This document shows positions 18,747 to 28,528 of a DNA stretch of 64,000 nt, piece after piece; the stretch's first letter is position 1, and each line of letters starts with the position of its first letter. This stretch comes from Clostridium sp. (GTDB taxonomy: Bacteria; Bacillota; Clostridia; Clostridiales; Clostridiaceae): NCBI RefSeq assembly GCF_030532265.1, contig NZ_JAUNLM010000002.1:69558-133557 (forward strand), given 5' to 3'. Below the pieces are notes generated by a model. It was not told the DNA's origin and did not search any database. It saw nothing but the letters and a program-made list of their open reading frames with translations. The position numbers and the translations under genes are program-made.

Positions 18747-19187
18747 ATGTCAGATGAAAAATTTTATATTGTAAATGAGCAAGTATTACCAAATATATTT
18801 TATAAGGTTATAGAGGTTAAAGAATTACTTCATACAGGAAAAGTAAAAGATATATCAGAGGGAGTTAAAAAGGTTGGAATAAGCAGAAGCACTTATTATA
18901 AATATAAGGATTTTGTATATCCAATGGCGGAAGGTGTAAATAGTAAAAAAATTACGATTGTGCTTTTACTAGCTCATAAATCGGGAGTGCTTTCAAGAGT
19001 TCTAGACTTTATTGCAACAAATGAGTTAAATATATTAACAATTAATCAAGATATACCAATAAATATGACTGCAAATGTTACTATAACATTAGATGTCTCT
19101 AAAATAAGAGGAGATGTTAAAAACTTTTTATACAAAATCAGTGAGCTTGATGATGTAATAAAAGTTAGAATACTAGCCGTAGAATAA
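18747..19187 (+). CDS. ACT-domain protein of the UPF0735/PheB type
   Basis: N-terminal HTH-like segment (GISRSTYYKYK) plus a C-terminal ACT fold. ATG 18747 follows a G-rich RBS. Confidence 0.65.
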   Translation: MSDEKFYIVNEQVLPNIFYKVIEVKELLHTGKVKDISEGVKKVGISRSTYYKYKDFVYPMAEGVNSKKITIVLLLAHKSGVLSRVLDFIATNELNILTINQDIPINMTANVTITLDVSKIRGDVKNFLYKISELDDVIKVRILAVE

Positions 19188-19206
19188 AAAGTATGGAGGG
19201 ATAATT

Positions 19207-20457
19207 ATGGAGAAAGAAGTTTTTGAATTTAACAGAAAGAGGGTACTTGAAAAGTTAGAGGAAAATTCTTTATTAATTCTTTTTGCTGGAAATGCACCAA
19301 AGAAAACTGCTGATGAAAAATATAGTTTTACACCAAACAGAAATTTTTATTATTTAACAGGAATTGATGAAGAAGATCATATTATTGTTATGGGTAAATT
19401 AAATGGCAATGTAATTGAAAAGATGTTTATAAAAGAAATAGACCTTGAAAAAGAAAAGTGGCTTGGTAAAACAATAAGAAAAGAAGAAGTTTTTAATTTA
19501 AATAGTATAGAAGATATAGGATACTTAGGAGAGTTTAGAGGCTTTTTAAATAAAATAATAAATGAAAGTGTTGATATAAATATATATTTAGATTTAGAAA
19601 GAGATGAGTTTAACAGTTTACCAACAGTAAGTAGTACATTTGCTAAAAAGCTTAGAAATAAGTATCCACAAGTGAATATAAAAAATGTATTTCCAATATT
19701 TGCACCAATAAGACTTGTAAAGAGTCCATCTGAAATAAAAGAAATGCAGAAGGCTATTGATATAACAATTAAAGGTGTTGAATCAATAATGAAAAATATA
19801 AAACCTGGAATGCTTGAATATGAATTAGAAGCATATTTTGAATTTGAATGCAGAAAAAGAGGAGTTCGTGATTATGCATTTAATACAATTGCAGCAGCTG
19901 GAAAGAATGCAACTATATTACATTATGTAGATAATAATTCAGAAGCTAAAGATGGAGATTTAATTCTTTTTGACTTAGGAGCACAGGTTAATTATTATAA
20001 TGGAGACATTTCAAGAACATTTCCTGTAAACGGTAAGTTTACAAAAAGACAAAAGGAAGTTTATGAAGCTGTACTTAGAGTAAATGAGAAAGTTATATCA
20101 GAGTTAAAACCAGGTATTAATTTCTTAGATATAAATAAAAAATCTAAAGAGTGGATTGCAGAAGAATGTATTAATCTTGGATTAATAGAAAATAAGGAAG
20201 AAGTATCAAAATATTATTGGCATAGTATAGGACATAGCTTAGGTTTAGATACTCATGATATAGAAAATCCAGGAAGAAATACAGTTTTAGAACCAGGTAT
20301 GGTATATACAGTAGAACCAGGCATATATATAGGAGAAGAAGGTATTGGTGTAAGAATAGAAGATGATGTACTAATAACTGATGATGGATGTGAGGTATTA
20401 ACTAAGGATATGATAAAATCAGTTAGTGAAATAGAAGAATTTATGAAAAATTGTTAA
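19207..20457 (+). CDS. Xaa-Pro aminopeptidase (M24B, with AMP_N domain)
   Basis: Metal ligands in DLGAQVNYYNGDISRT, HSIGHSLGLDTHD, EPGIY and RIEDDV. Confidence 0.85.
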   Translation: MEKEVFEFNRKRVLEKLEENSLLILFAGNAPKKTADEKYSFTPNRNFYYLTGIDEEDHIIVMGKLNGNVIEKMFIKEIDLEKEKWLGKTIRKEEVFNLNSIEDIGYLGEFRGFLNKIINESVDINIYLDLERDEFNSLPTVSSTFAKKLRNKYPQVNIKNVFPIFAPIRLVKSPSEIKEMQKAIDITIKGVESIMKNIKPGMLEYELEAYFEFECRKRGVRDYAFNTIAAAGKNATILHYVDNNSEAKDGDLILFDLGAQVNYYNGDISRTFPVNGKFTKRQKEVYEAVLRVNEKVISELKPGINFLDINKKSKEWIAEECINLGLIENKEEVSKYYWHSIGHSLGLDTHDIENPGRNTVLEPGMVYTVEPGIYIGEEGIGVRIEDDVLITDDGCEVLTKDMIKSVSEIEEFMKNC

Positions 20458-20485
20458 TAAAATAAACAAAAAATTAAAAGATATA

Positions 20486-20514
20486 TTGATATATATATAT
20501 TTATATTATATAAT
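20486..20514 (+). promoter_or_regulatory. Sigma-A-type promoter of the lysine riboswitch transcript
   Basis: TTGATA, 17 nt, TATAAT. Confidence 0.5.
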
Positions 20515-20537
20515 TATATTAATTTAAAAGTGAATAA

Positions 20538-20771
20538 TTTGCGAAGAGGTAGAGGCGCGGTCTTTAAGAGTAATGTTATTGAGATAAGCACTATGATATA
20601 ACATGAAAGGAAATACCGCCGAAGGATATAACTAATGCTTTAATGTTATAATCCTGGGCTTATGCATAATATGCATAAGACTGTCACAAATTATATTTGT
20701 GGTGAGCTATCATTCAATGGATTCTTACGTTATATATTTAGAACCTTGAGTGTTATCTCAAGGTTCTTTTT
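20538..20771 (+). promoter_or_regulatory. Lysine riboswitch (L-box) with terminator
   Basis: Conserved blocks AGAGGCGC, GAAAGG, CCGCCGAAG, CTGGG, ACTGTCA and GGTGAGCT in the canonical order. Terminator AGAACCTTGAG/CTCAAGGTTCT plus T5 at 20740-20771. Confidence 0.85.
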
Positions 20772-20840
20772 GACTTTAAAGTAAAATGATGGGCCTCTAA
20801 AAAATATTCACAAATTTTATTTTAATAGGGGGATTCAATC

Positions 20841-22559
20841 ATGAAAAAAAGAAATTATTTAGTATTTTTATTTACCTTTATACTAATGATGAGTATGACA
20901 ACAGTAGCATTTGCATCAGAAATTGATCCAGGAACTGTAAATGCAGAAAGGTTTGGTATATGGACTATAATACCACCTTTAGTTGCAATTGTACTTGCAT
21001 TTATTACAAAAAATGTTGTAGTATCTTTGTTTATTGGTGCATTAGCTGGATGTTTTATGATTCAAGTCGTAGATCAAAATGCATTTAATGCATTGATACA
21101 AGCCTTTTTAGATTTTATACAAAGAGTCCTAAATTCTTTAGCGGATCCTTGGAATGCTGGAATAATACTTCAAGTTTTAGCTATTGGAGGAGTAATAAAT
21201 CTTGTTGCTAAAATGGGAGGTGCTAGAGCTATAGCAGAAGCACTTGCAAAAAGAGCAAAAACTCCAAGGAGTGCTCAACTTGTTACTTGGTTTCTAGGTC
21301 TTTTAGTATTTTTTGATGATTATGCAAATTCATTAATAGTAGGTCCTATAATGAAGCCTGTTGCAGATAAACTTAAAGTTTCAAGAGAAAGGTTAGCTTT
21401 TATAATTGATGCAACAGCAGCACCAATTGCAGGACTTGCAATAATATCAACTTGGATAGGGTTAGAAGTAGGACTTATAAATGATTCATTTACTCAAATT
21501 GGAGTTAAAGTTGATTCCTTTGGTGTTTTTCTTCAAACTATTCCATATAGATTTTATAATATTTTAATACTTGCATTTGTAGTTATTACATCTGTTATGC
21601 TTAGGGATTTTGGACCTATGAGAAAGGCTGAAGTTAGGGCTAGAAAAGGTATTAAGGATAAAAAATCAGAGCTTGAAAGTATAAGTACAGAAGATGAGAT
21701 GAAAGTAAAAGAAGGAGTTAAGCTTAGTATTTGGAATGCAATAATCCCAATAGGAGCACTTATAATATCAGCTCTTATAAGTTTTTATTATAGTGGATAT
21801 ACAAGTATAATAGGTGGAACTGATGTAGCACTTAGAGAAGTTGTAACTAATGCACCGTTTTCTTTTACAGCAATAAGAGAAGCATTTAGTGCAGCTGATG
21901 CATCAACAGCACTTTTCCAATCAGCAGTATTTGCATCAATAATAGCAATTGCTATGGGAGTTTGTAAAAAGATATTTACTGTGTCAGAAGCTGTTGAAGT
22001 TTGGGTAGATGGAATGAAAGGTCTTATAATAACTGGAGTAATTTTATTACTTGCATGGTCATTAAGTTCAGTAATAAAAGATTTGGGAACTGCTAAATAT
22101 TTAGTTACATTATTATCTGGATCAATACCATCATTTTTACTTCCAAGTATTATATTTATATTAGGAGCTGTAATATCATTTGCTACCGGAACTGCATATG
22201 GAACAATGGGAATACTTATGCCTCTTGCAATTCCTCTAGCTCATTCAATATCACCAGATATGAGCTATATAGTATTAAGTACAAGTGCTGTACTTACAGG
22301 AGCAATATTTGGAGACCACTGTTCACCAATATCAGATACAACAATACTTTCATCAATGGGAGCTGGATGTGATCATATAGAACACGTAAAAACACAAATG
22401 TGGTATGCACTGTTTGTTGCAGGAGCCACAATAATATTAGGTTATATACCAGCTGGATTAAATGTTCCTGTTTATATAATATTACCTGTTGCAATAATAG
22501 TACTTGTAATTGCTGTTAAGTTTATAGGAAAACCAGTGGATGAAGTTGTGGAAAATTAA
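20841..22559 (+). CDS. NhaC-family Na+/H+ antiporter-like transporter (candidate lysine transporter)
   Basis: 572 aa, polytopic, NhaC-like C-terminal half. Sits directly under L-box control. Confidence 0.75.
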   Translation: MKKRNYLVFLFTFILMMSMTTVAFASEIDPGTVNAERFGIWTIIPPLVAIVLAFITKNVVVSLFIGALAGCFMIQVVDQNAFNALIQAFLDFIQRVLNSLADPWNAGIILQVLAIGGVINLVAKMGGARAIAEALAKRAKTPRSAQLVTWFLGLLVFFDDYANSLIVGPIMKPVADKLKVSRERLAFIIDATAAPIAGLAIISTWIGLEVGLINDSFTQIGVKVDSFGVFLQTIPYRFYNILILAFVVITSVMLRDFGPMRKAEVRARKGIKDKKSELESISTEDEMKVKEGVKLSIWNAIIPIGALIISALISFYYSGYTSIIGGTDVALREVVTNAPFSFTAIREAFSAADASTALFQSAVFASIIAIAMGVCKKIFTVSEAVEVWVDGMKGLIITGVILLLAWSLSSVIKDLGTAKYLVTLLSGSIPSFLLPSIIFILGAVISFATGTAYGTMGILMPLAIPLAHSISPDMSYIVLSTSAVLTGAIFGDHCSPISDTTILSSMGAGCDHIEHVKTQMWYALFVAGATIILGYIPAGLNVPVYIILPVAIIVLVIAVKFIGKPVDEVVEN

Positions 22560-22572
22560 TATATTAATTTTT

Positions 22573-22603
22573 AAAAGTGTGGATAATTTCCACACTTTTT
22601 TTA
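22573..22603 (+). terminator. Intrinsic terminator
   Basis: AAAAGTGTGGA/TCCACACTTTT hairpin followed by a T-run. Confidence 0.8.
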
Positions 22604-22704
22604 TTAGAATAATTAATAACTTACCTAATATATAAATTAAAATGTGTCAGTATAATATTTATATTAATAAGTTATAATAAGAAAAATTTTATAAGAGGGA
22701 TATT

Positions 22705-23181
22705 ATGAATAGAAGAATAGGAAATAGAAATATTATTAATAACATAGGAGATTTTTCTAATATATTTAGTCAAACATTTTCTAAGTTTTTTAGTAGTATA
22801 AATATTGGTTCAATTGAAGAATTTTTTAATGAAGGTGATTTTATAAATGTAAATATGAAAGAAGATGAATCTAAATATATAATAGAAGGAGTATTTCCAG
22901 GGATAGATAAAAAAGATATAAAAGTAGATTATAAAGATGATTATATATATATAAATATAAATCGAAGGCAAGTATTTTCTAATGGTTATAATATGTCTAT
23001 GGTTGTATCAGAATTTGGTGATGGATTTTCTAGAGAATTTTTTGTTCCAGATTCAGATATATCATCACTTAAGGTATCATTTAAAAATTATAGATTAAAA
23101 TTAGAAATACCTAAACTAAATTATAGATTACCAGTTGATCAGAGTGAGATTATTGATGTTGTAGATTATAAAGAAGAATAA
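22705..23181 (+). CDS. Hsp20/alpha-crystallin family small heat-shock protein
   Basis: Alpha-crystallin domain pattern: IIEGVFPGIDKKDIKVDY...RLKLEIPK. Confidence 0.75.
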   Translation: MNRRIGNRNIINNIGDFSNIFSQTFSKFFSSINIGSIEEFFNEGDFINVNMKEDESKYIIEGVFPGIDKKDIKVDYKDDYIYININRRQVFSNGYNMSMVVSEFGDGFSREFFVPDSDISSLKVSFKNYRLKLEIPKLNYRLPVDQSEIIDVVDYKEE

Positions 23182-23203
23182 AGCTATAGTTTTTACTATA
23201 GCT

Positions 23204-23692
23204 TTATTCTTTCTCCTCAGGCGGATTAAAATATTTATTTATTAGTATTGCTACGATTATACCTATTGCGGTATCTATGCTTCTTCCAATGGCATAAGCA
23301 TAAGATTGAGGTCCACTATAATTAATCATTATACCTATAAGTACTATACATGCAATTGTAACTGATCCTGGTTTATTAAAAAGGTTACAAGTGTAAATTA
23401 CAGCAACTATACCAAGTCCAGTTATAAATGCGCTATAATCATATAAGAAGGTAAATTTAATCATAATAAATATAATTAACATACCAAATATACCACCAAT
23501 TATAGTGCCGATAAGTCTATTTTTACCCATGGTAAAGGAACTTGAGACTGTATCCTTCATACAAATAACAGCAGCAATACATGCATAAAATGCGTTTTCT
23601 CGTCCTAGAAATTGAAATATAATCATACAAACAGTAACCGCAAGAGCTGTTTTTATATTACGTAAACCAACCCTATGCACGTTTAACTTCAT
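23204..23692 (-). CDS. Aromatic acid exporter (ArAE/FUSC-like) family membrane protein
   Basis: LRNIKTALAVTVCMIIFQFLGRENAFYACIAAVICM is the family N-terminus. Start taken as ATG 23692 after GGGGG. Confidence 0.6.
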   Translation of the reverse strand: MKLNVHRVGLRNIKTALAVTVCMIIFQFLGRENAFYACIAAVICMKDTVSSSFTMGKNRLIGTIIGGIFGMLIIFIMIKFTFLYDYSAFITGLGIVAVIYTCNLFNKPGSVTIACIVLIGIMINYSGPQSYAYAIGRSIDTAIGIIVAILINKYFNPPEEKE

Positions 23693-23778
23693 AATTAAAA
23701 CCCCCAAAATAGATTTTTAAATATTATAACACATAGAAGTAAATAATTTTATTAATAAAGATTACAATTTAAAAACAA

Positions 23779-23807
23779 TTGACATATAAAAATATATAGA
23801 ATATTAT
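23779..23807 (+). promoter_or_regulatory. Sigma-A-type promoter of the metG leader
   Basis: TTGACA, 17 nt, TATTAT. Confidence 0.5.
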
Positions 23808-23834
23808 ATATTTAAAATATTAAAATTGAAGATA

Positions 23835-24091
23835 AATGCTATGAAAAGAAGAGTAGTAAAAGTATGTATCTAAAGAGAGCTAGCAATTTGCTGAAAGCTA
23901 GTGTTATAGACTTTTATGAATATGGCCTTGGAGCACATCCTTTGAGCTTAGAGAGTTAGAAGGATACGGGAACAACCGTTATATTGTAAGGTAAATTTTA
24001 TTACCTATTGAGTTTTTTGTCGTGAGGCAAAGGAGAAATAGAGTGGTACGCGTATATAACGCCTCTATGCATTATGCATAGAGGTTTTTTT
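23835..24091 (+). promoter_or_regulatory. T-box leader (Met specifier)
   Basis: AGAGAG and GCTGAAA Stem I elements. GAAT-ATG-G specifier context (ATG 23922-23924). T-box AATAGAGTGGTACGCG. Terminator GCCTCTATGCA/TGCATAGAGG plus T7 at 24061-24091. Confidence 0.85.
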
Positions 24092-24133
24092 ATAGTAAAA
24101 GATATATTTATATAAATAAAGGAGGATTTTAAG

Positions 24134-26095
24134 ATGTGTAAGAAACCATATTATATTACTACACCTATATATTATCCATCAACGAAGTTACATATAGGTA
24201 ACACTTATACAACAGTTGCAGCTGATGCAATAGCAAGATTTAAGAGATTAACAGGATATGATGTAATGTTCTTAACAGGAACAGATGAACATGGTCAAAA
24301 AATTCAAAGAATAGCTGAAGAAAAAGGTATAAAACCTATAGAGCATGTAGATGAAATAGTTGCTGGAATAAAAGACCTTTGGAGCATGATGAATATAAGT
24401 TATGATAAGTTTATAAGAACAACTGATGATTATCATGTGGAAGCAGTTCAAAAAATATTTAAAAGATTATATGATCAAGGAGATATATATAAGAGTTCAT
24501 ATGAAGGGTTATATTGTACTCCATGTGAATCATTCTGGACAGAAAGTCAATTAGTAGATGGAAAGTGCCCAGACTGTGGAAGACCAGTTGAAACTTCAAA
24601 AGAAGAAGCTTATTTCTTCAAAATGAGCAAATATGCTGATAGATTAATTAAATATATAGAAGAACATCCACATTTCATACAACCAGAATCTAGAAAAAAT
24701 GAAATGTTAAATAACTTCTTAAAACCAGGATTACAAGATCTTTGTGTTTCAAGAACTAGCTTTGATTGGGGAGTTCCAGTAACATTTGATGAAAAGCATG
24801 TTGTTTATGTATGGATTGATGCATTATCAAACTATATAACTGCATTAGGATATGGAAGCAATAACACAGAATTATTTGATAAATACTGGCCAGCAGATGT
24901 TCACTTAATAGGCAAGGATATATTAAGATTTCATACAATTTATTGGCCAATAATGTTAATGGCTTTAGATTTACCATTACCAAAACAAATATTTGGTCAT
25001 GGATGGTTACTTGTTGATGGTGGAAAGATGAGTAAATCAAAAGGTAATGTAGTTGATCCAGTTACATTAGTAGAAAACTTTGGTGTAGATGCTGTTAGAT
25101 ATTACTTATTAAGAGAAATACCATTTGGAGCAGACGGATTATTTAACAACGAAATATTTATAAAGAAAATAAATTCAGATCTTTGTAATGACCTTGGAAA
25201 TTTACTTTCAAGAACAGTTGCAATGATAGAAAAATATTTTGATGGAGTTATTCCAGCACCAGTAGGTAAGGAAGATGTAGATGATGAGCTAATTAACTTA
25301 GCATTAGAAACTCCAAAGAAGGTTTCAGAATCAATAGATGCATTAAAGCTTCCTGAAGCTTTAGAAAATGTATTTGAATTAGTTAGAAGGGCTAATAAGT
25401 ATATTGATGAAACAACTCCATGGATATTAGCAAAGGATGAAGATAAAAAGGAGAGACTTGGAACAGTTCTTTATAATTTAGCAGAAGCTTTAAGATTTAC
25501 TTCAGTTTTATTATCATCATTCTTACCAACAACTTCAGAAAAAATAAATGAACAATTAGCTGTTACAGCAACTGATTGGAATTCATTAGAAGGATTTGAT
25601 GGAACTGCTCCTGGAACAAATGTTAAAAAAGGATATAGTTTATTCCCAAGAATAGATGTTGATAAAAAGCTTGCTGAACTTGAAGAGTTAAGAAAAGCTC
25701 AAATAGAGGCTAATTCTAAAAAAGAAGAAGTTAAAGAAGACGTTAAAGAAATCCAACCAATTAAAGAAGAAATAACAATAGAAGATTTTGAAAAAATAGA
25801 TTTAAGAGTAGTTAAAGTTTTAGAGTGTGAGCCAATAAAGAAAGCTAACAAATTACTTAAATTAAAAGTTGATTTAGGTGGAGAAGTTAGACAGGTAGTT
25901 TCAGGAATAGCAAAACACTTTAAACCAGAAGATTTAATAGGAAAAAATGTTGTACTTGTTGCAAACTTAAAACCTGTTAAGTTAAGAGGTGAATTATCAC
26001 AAGGTATGATAATTGCTGCATCAAATGACGATGATAGTATATTAAACTTAGTTAATCCAGGAGATAACTTACCAACTGGAAGTATAGTAAGATAA
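24134..26095 (+). CDS. metG: Methionyl-tRNA synthetase with C-terminal tRNA-binding domain
   Basis: HIGH = LHIGN, KMSKS = KMSKS, zinc knuckles CTPC..CPDC, C-terminal Trbp111/EMAP-like OB domain (DLRVVKVLECEPIKKANKLLKLKVDLG). Confidence 0.95.
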   Translation: MCKKPYYITTPIYYPSTKLHIGNTYTTVAADAIARFKRLTGYDVMFLTGTDEHGQKIQRIAEEKGIKPIEHVDEIVAGIKDLWSMMNISYDKFIRTTDDYHVEAVQKIFKRLYDQGDIYKSSYEGLYCTPCESFWTESQLVDGKCPDCGRPVETSKEEAYFFKMSKYADRLIKYIEEHPHFIQPESRKNEMLNNFLKPGLQDLCVSRTSFDWGVPVTFDEKHVVYVWIDALSNYITALGYGSNNTELFDKYWPADVHLIGKDILRFHTIYWPIMLMALDLPLPKQIFGHGWLLVDGGKMSKSKGNVVDPVTLVENFGVDAVRYYLLREIPFGADGLFNNEIFIKKINSDLCNDLGNLLSRTVAMIEKYFDGVIPAPVGKEDVDDELINLALETPKKVSESIDALKLPEALENVFELVRRANKYIDETTPWILAKDEDKKERLGTVLYNLAEALRFTSVLLSSFLPTTSEKINEQLAVTATDWNSLEGFDGTAPGTNVKKGYSLFPRIDVDKKLAELEELRKAQIEANSKKEEVKEDVKEIQPIKEEITIEDFEKIDLRVVKVLECEPIKKANKLLKLKVDLGGEVRQVVSGIAKHFKPEDLIGKNVVLVANLKPVKLRGELSQGMIIAASNDDDSILNLVNPGDNLPTGSIVR

Positions 26096-26113
26096 ATAAA
26101 AAACACTAGATAG

Positions 26114-26145
26114 GAAGTCAGCTTGTATAAGGTTGGCTTCTTTTT
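26114..26145 (+). terminator. Probable intrinsic terminator after metG
   Basis: 9-bp stem GAAGTCAGC/GTTGGCTTC (two G-U pairs) followed by T5. Confidence 0.5.
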
Positions 26146-26172
26146 GTATAAAATAGGAAGGGATTTGAGAAA

Positions 26173-27549
26173 ATGAATATAGTAATAGGTAATGCGTGGC
26201 CATATGCTAATGGAAAGTTGCATTTAGGACGGATAGCAGTTTTTCTTCCAGGGGATATATTAGCAAGGTATCATAGAATGATGGGAGATAATGTAGTATT
26301 TATATCGGGCAGTGATGCACATGGTAGACCAGTAAAGTTAAAGGCTTTAGAACTCGGAATAACACCAGAAGATACACTTAAAAAATATAATGATGAATTT
26401 ATAGAATGTTTTAATAAATTAAATTTTTCATTTGATTTATTTACAAATACGGATACTAAATATCATAAGGAAAATGTAAAAAAATTTATACAAAAATTAT
26501 ATGAAAGTGGTTATATATATGAAGAAGTTTATGAAAATAATGATAAGAATTTAATATTTTCACTTTCTAAATTAGAAAATGATGTAAAAAGAATATTTAT
26601 AAAACAAAATGACTGGAGAAAAAATGCTGAAACAATAACAAAAAGATATTTAGATGAAGGATTAAGAGATAGATCTATAACAAAAGAAATTGATTGGGGG
26701 ATAGATGTACCTTTTAAAGGTTTTTCAAATAAAAAGATATTCGTTTGGATTGAAGCTCTTATGGGATATTTAACTGCAACAAGCAAATGTATAGAAAATA
26801 AATTAGATAATAAGTTATCTGATTACTGGGATAGTGAGGATAGTAAAGTTTATTTAGTTCATGGAAAGGATAATATACCATTTCACACAATAATTTTTCC
26901 TGGAATATTAGTAGCATTAGGTTTTAAAAATCCAAATATAACTATAGTTTCTAGTGAACATTTAAAACTTGAAGGTAAAGATTTTTCTACAAATAAAAAT
27001 TGGGCCATTTGGGTAGATGAAATATTAGAAAAATACAATGTAGATTCATTAAGATATTATTTAATAAATAATGGACCTGAAGAGACTATAACAGATTTTA
27101 AATGGAGAGATTTTATAAATTTAAATAATAGAGATTTAGTTTTTGAATTAGATAGTCTCTATAAAAAAACAATAAAAACAAGTGATTTTTCTTATTTAGA
27201 TAATATAGAAAGAGATAAAATGTTGGATTTATATTTTAGTGTTGGAGAGAAAATAGAACAATGTAAATTTAAGTCTGCAATTAGGCAAATTTTTGCATAT
27301 ATAAAGGAAGAAAATAAAAAAAATAATCCAAAGGTTGAAGGTATTATAAATTTAGCGAATGTATTAGAGCCGTTTTTACCAGAAACATCAAAAAAGATAA
27401 AAGATAATTTTGAAGTAAGTGGTGGAGAGTGGAATTTAATAAACGTAAGGAAAACATCTATTATAAAATCATATAAACCATTATTTGAATTAATAGATAG
27501 GAAAAATATTATAGATGAAATAAAAAAATTAAAAGAAAATAAAATATAA
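26173..27549 (+). CDS. MetRS-like class I aaRS paralog with degenerate catalytic motifs
   Basis: 458 aa. AWPYANGKLHLGR, SGSDAHGRP, VWIEALMGY, HGKDNIPFHT and DSLRYYL align with MetRS. The KMSKS position reads DFSTN. No CxxC knuckles and no tRNA-binding domain. Confidence 0.7.
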   Translation: MNIVIGNAWPYANGKLHLGRIAVFLPGDILARYHRMMGDNVVFISGSDAHGRPVKLKALELGITPEDTLKKYNDEFIECFNKLNFSFDLFTNTDTKYHKENVKKFIQKLYESGYIYEEVYENNDKNLIFSLSKLENDVKRIFIKQNDWRKNAETITKRYLDEGLRDRSITKEIDWGIDVPFKGFSNKKIFVWIEALMGYLTATSKCIENKLDNKLSDYWDSEDSKVYLVHGKDNIPFHTIIFPGILVALGFKNPNITIVSSEHLKLEGKDFSTNKNWAIWVDEILEKYNVDSLRYYLINNGPEETITDFKWRDFINLNNRDLVFELDSLYKKTIKTSDFSYLDNIERDKMLDLYFSVGEKIEQCKFKSAIRQIFAYIKEENKKNNPKVEGIINLANVLEPFLPETSKKIKDNFEVSGGEWNLINVRKTSIIKSYKPLFELIDRKNIIDEIKKLKENKI

Positions 27550-27594
27550 AAAAATCCTAGAATATCTAAAATAGGGGGACTAGATATTCTAGGA
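27547..27594 (-). terminator. Intrinsic terminator (T-run on minus strand) for the Crp/Fnr gene; also closes the plus-strand gene
   Basis: Perfect 14-bp stem TCCTAGAATATCTA/TAGATATTCTAGGA. T7 follows on the minus strand. Confidence 0.7.
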
Positions 27595-27753
27595 ACCAAT
27601 CAATTAAGATGGTTATAAGGGGTAAATAATAATGCTTTAACTACTTTACAATTAAATAATAACTTAGTAATATGTCAGTTTTGTGTCAAAATATATAATA
27701 AAATATTAAATGATAATTATTCTAAATAAATAATAATGAAAATATTAATAAAA

Positions 27754-28428
27754 TTAGATTGTTATTTTGTCGAAATTCAATATCTTAATTGTTTTTCTAT
27801 CATAGTCAATTATTTCTTCATTTTTCATTCTGATTAATTCTCTAGATAATGAAGGTCTTTGAACTCCGAAGGAGTTTGCTAGAGCTTGCTTTGTCATATT
27901 TAAGTTTATTATATTACTATTTTGTTTTTTTGATTCAATCAATAAAAATTCACAAATCATAGCTCTTAATGATTTTGATGACACTTGTTTTAATTTTTGA
28001 CTTAATAATAGTGCCTTATTAGATAATAGTGCTAAAAATGCTAATAATAATTTTTGGTTTTCTTGAAGTAAAGAAGTTATTTTCTTTTTATTTATATGAA
28101 GAATTAAACTATTATTTTTACTAACTACATCCATAGGATAAGTATTCTTGTTTCCAAATAATAAATTTTCACCAAACATATTAGAAGCTTCAAGGGTTGA
28201 AACAATTAAAACATTTCCATTTTCATCATTTTGTTGAATTTCAACTACACCAGATATTACTATGCTTAAATTATTGCAGATATCATTATTAAAAAATATA
28301 ACTTCTTCTTTAGAGTATTTCTTTATTGATACTAAAGGGTCTGATATAATCGCTTCTATTTCTTCAAATTCAAAATCTTTGAACAACAATGATGATTTTA
28401 TTATATTTATTAATTGCGTGTTTTTCAT
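27754..28428 (-). CDS. Crp/Fnr-family transcriptional regulator
   Basis: cNMP-binding-like beta-roll followed by the C-terminal HTH (TKQALANSFGVQRPSLSRELIRM). Start ATG 28428, 10 nt after AAGGA. Confidence 0.8.
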   Translation of the reverse strand: MKNTQLINIIKSSLLFKDFEFEEIEAIISDPLVSIKKYSKEEVIFFNNDICNNLSIVISGVVEIQQNDENGNVLIVSTLEASNMFGENLLFGNKNTYPMDVVSKNNSLILHINKKKITSLLQENQKLLLAFLALLSNKALLLSQKLKQVSSKSLRAMICEFLLIESKKQNSNIINLNMTKQALANSFGVQRPSLSRELIRMKNEEIIDYDRKTIKILNFDKITI

Positions 28429-28528
28429 GTGTTTCAAATCCTTTCACTAATGTATATATTTTTTCAAAGTGCTTATATTGTATAATAATATATGTAATAA
28501 AATTTTAAAAGAGGGAGATTTGCTATTA

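Noticed and set aside
26173-27549. The MetRS-like gene could be a decaying pseudogene copy of metG.
   Set aside because: The frame is uninterrupted for 458 codons with an RBS, and many structural motifs are conserved. It belongs to a different MetRS lineage than the adjacent metG. Degeneration is confined to specific catalytic and zinc motifs, which looks like neofunctionalisation. It still needs dN/dS confirmation.
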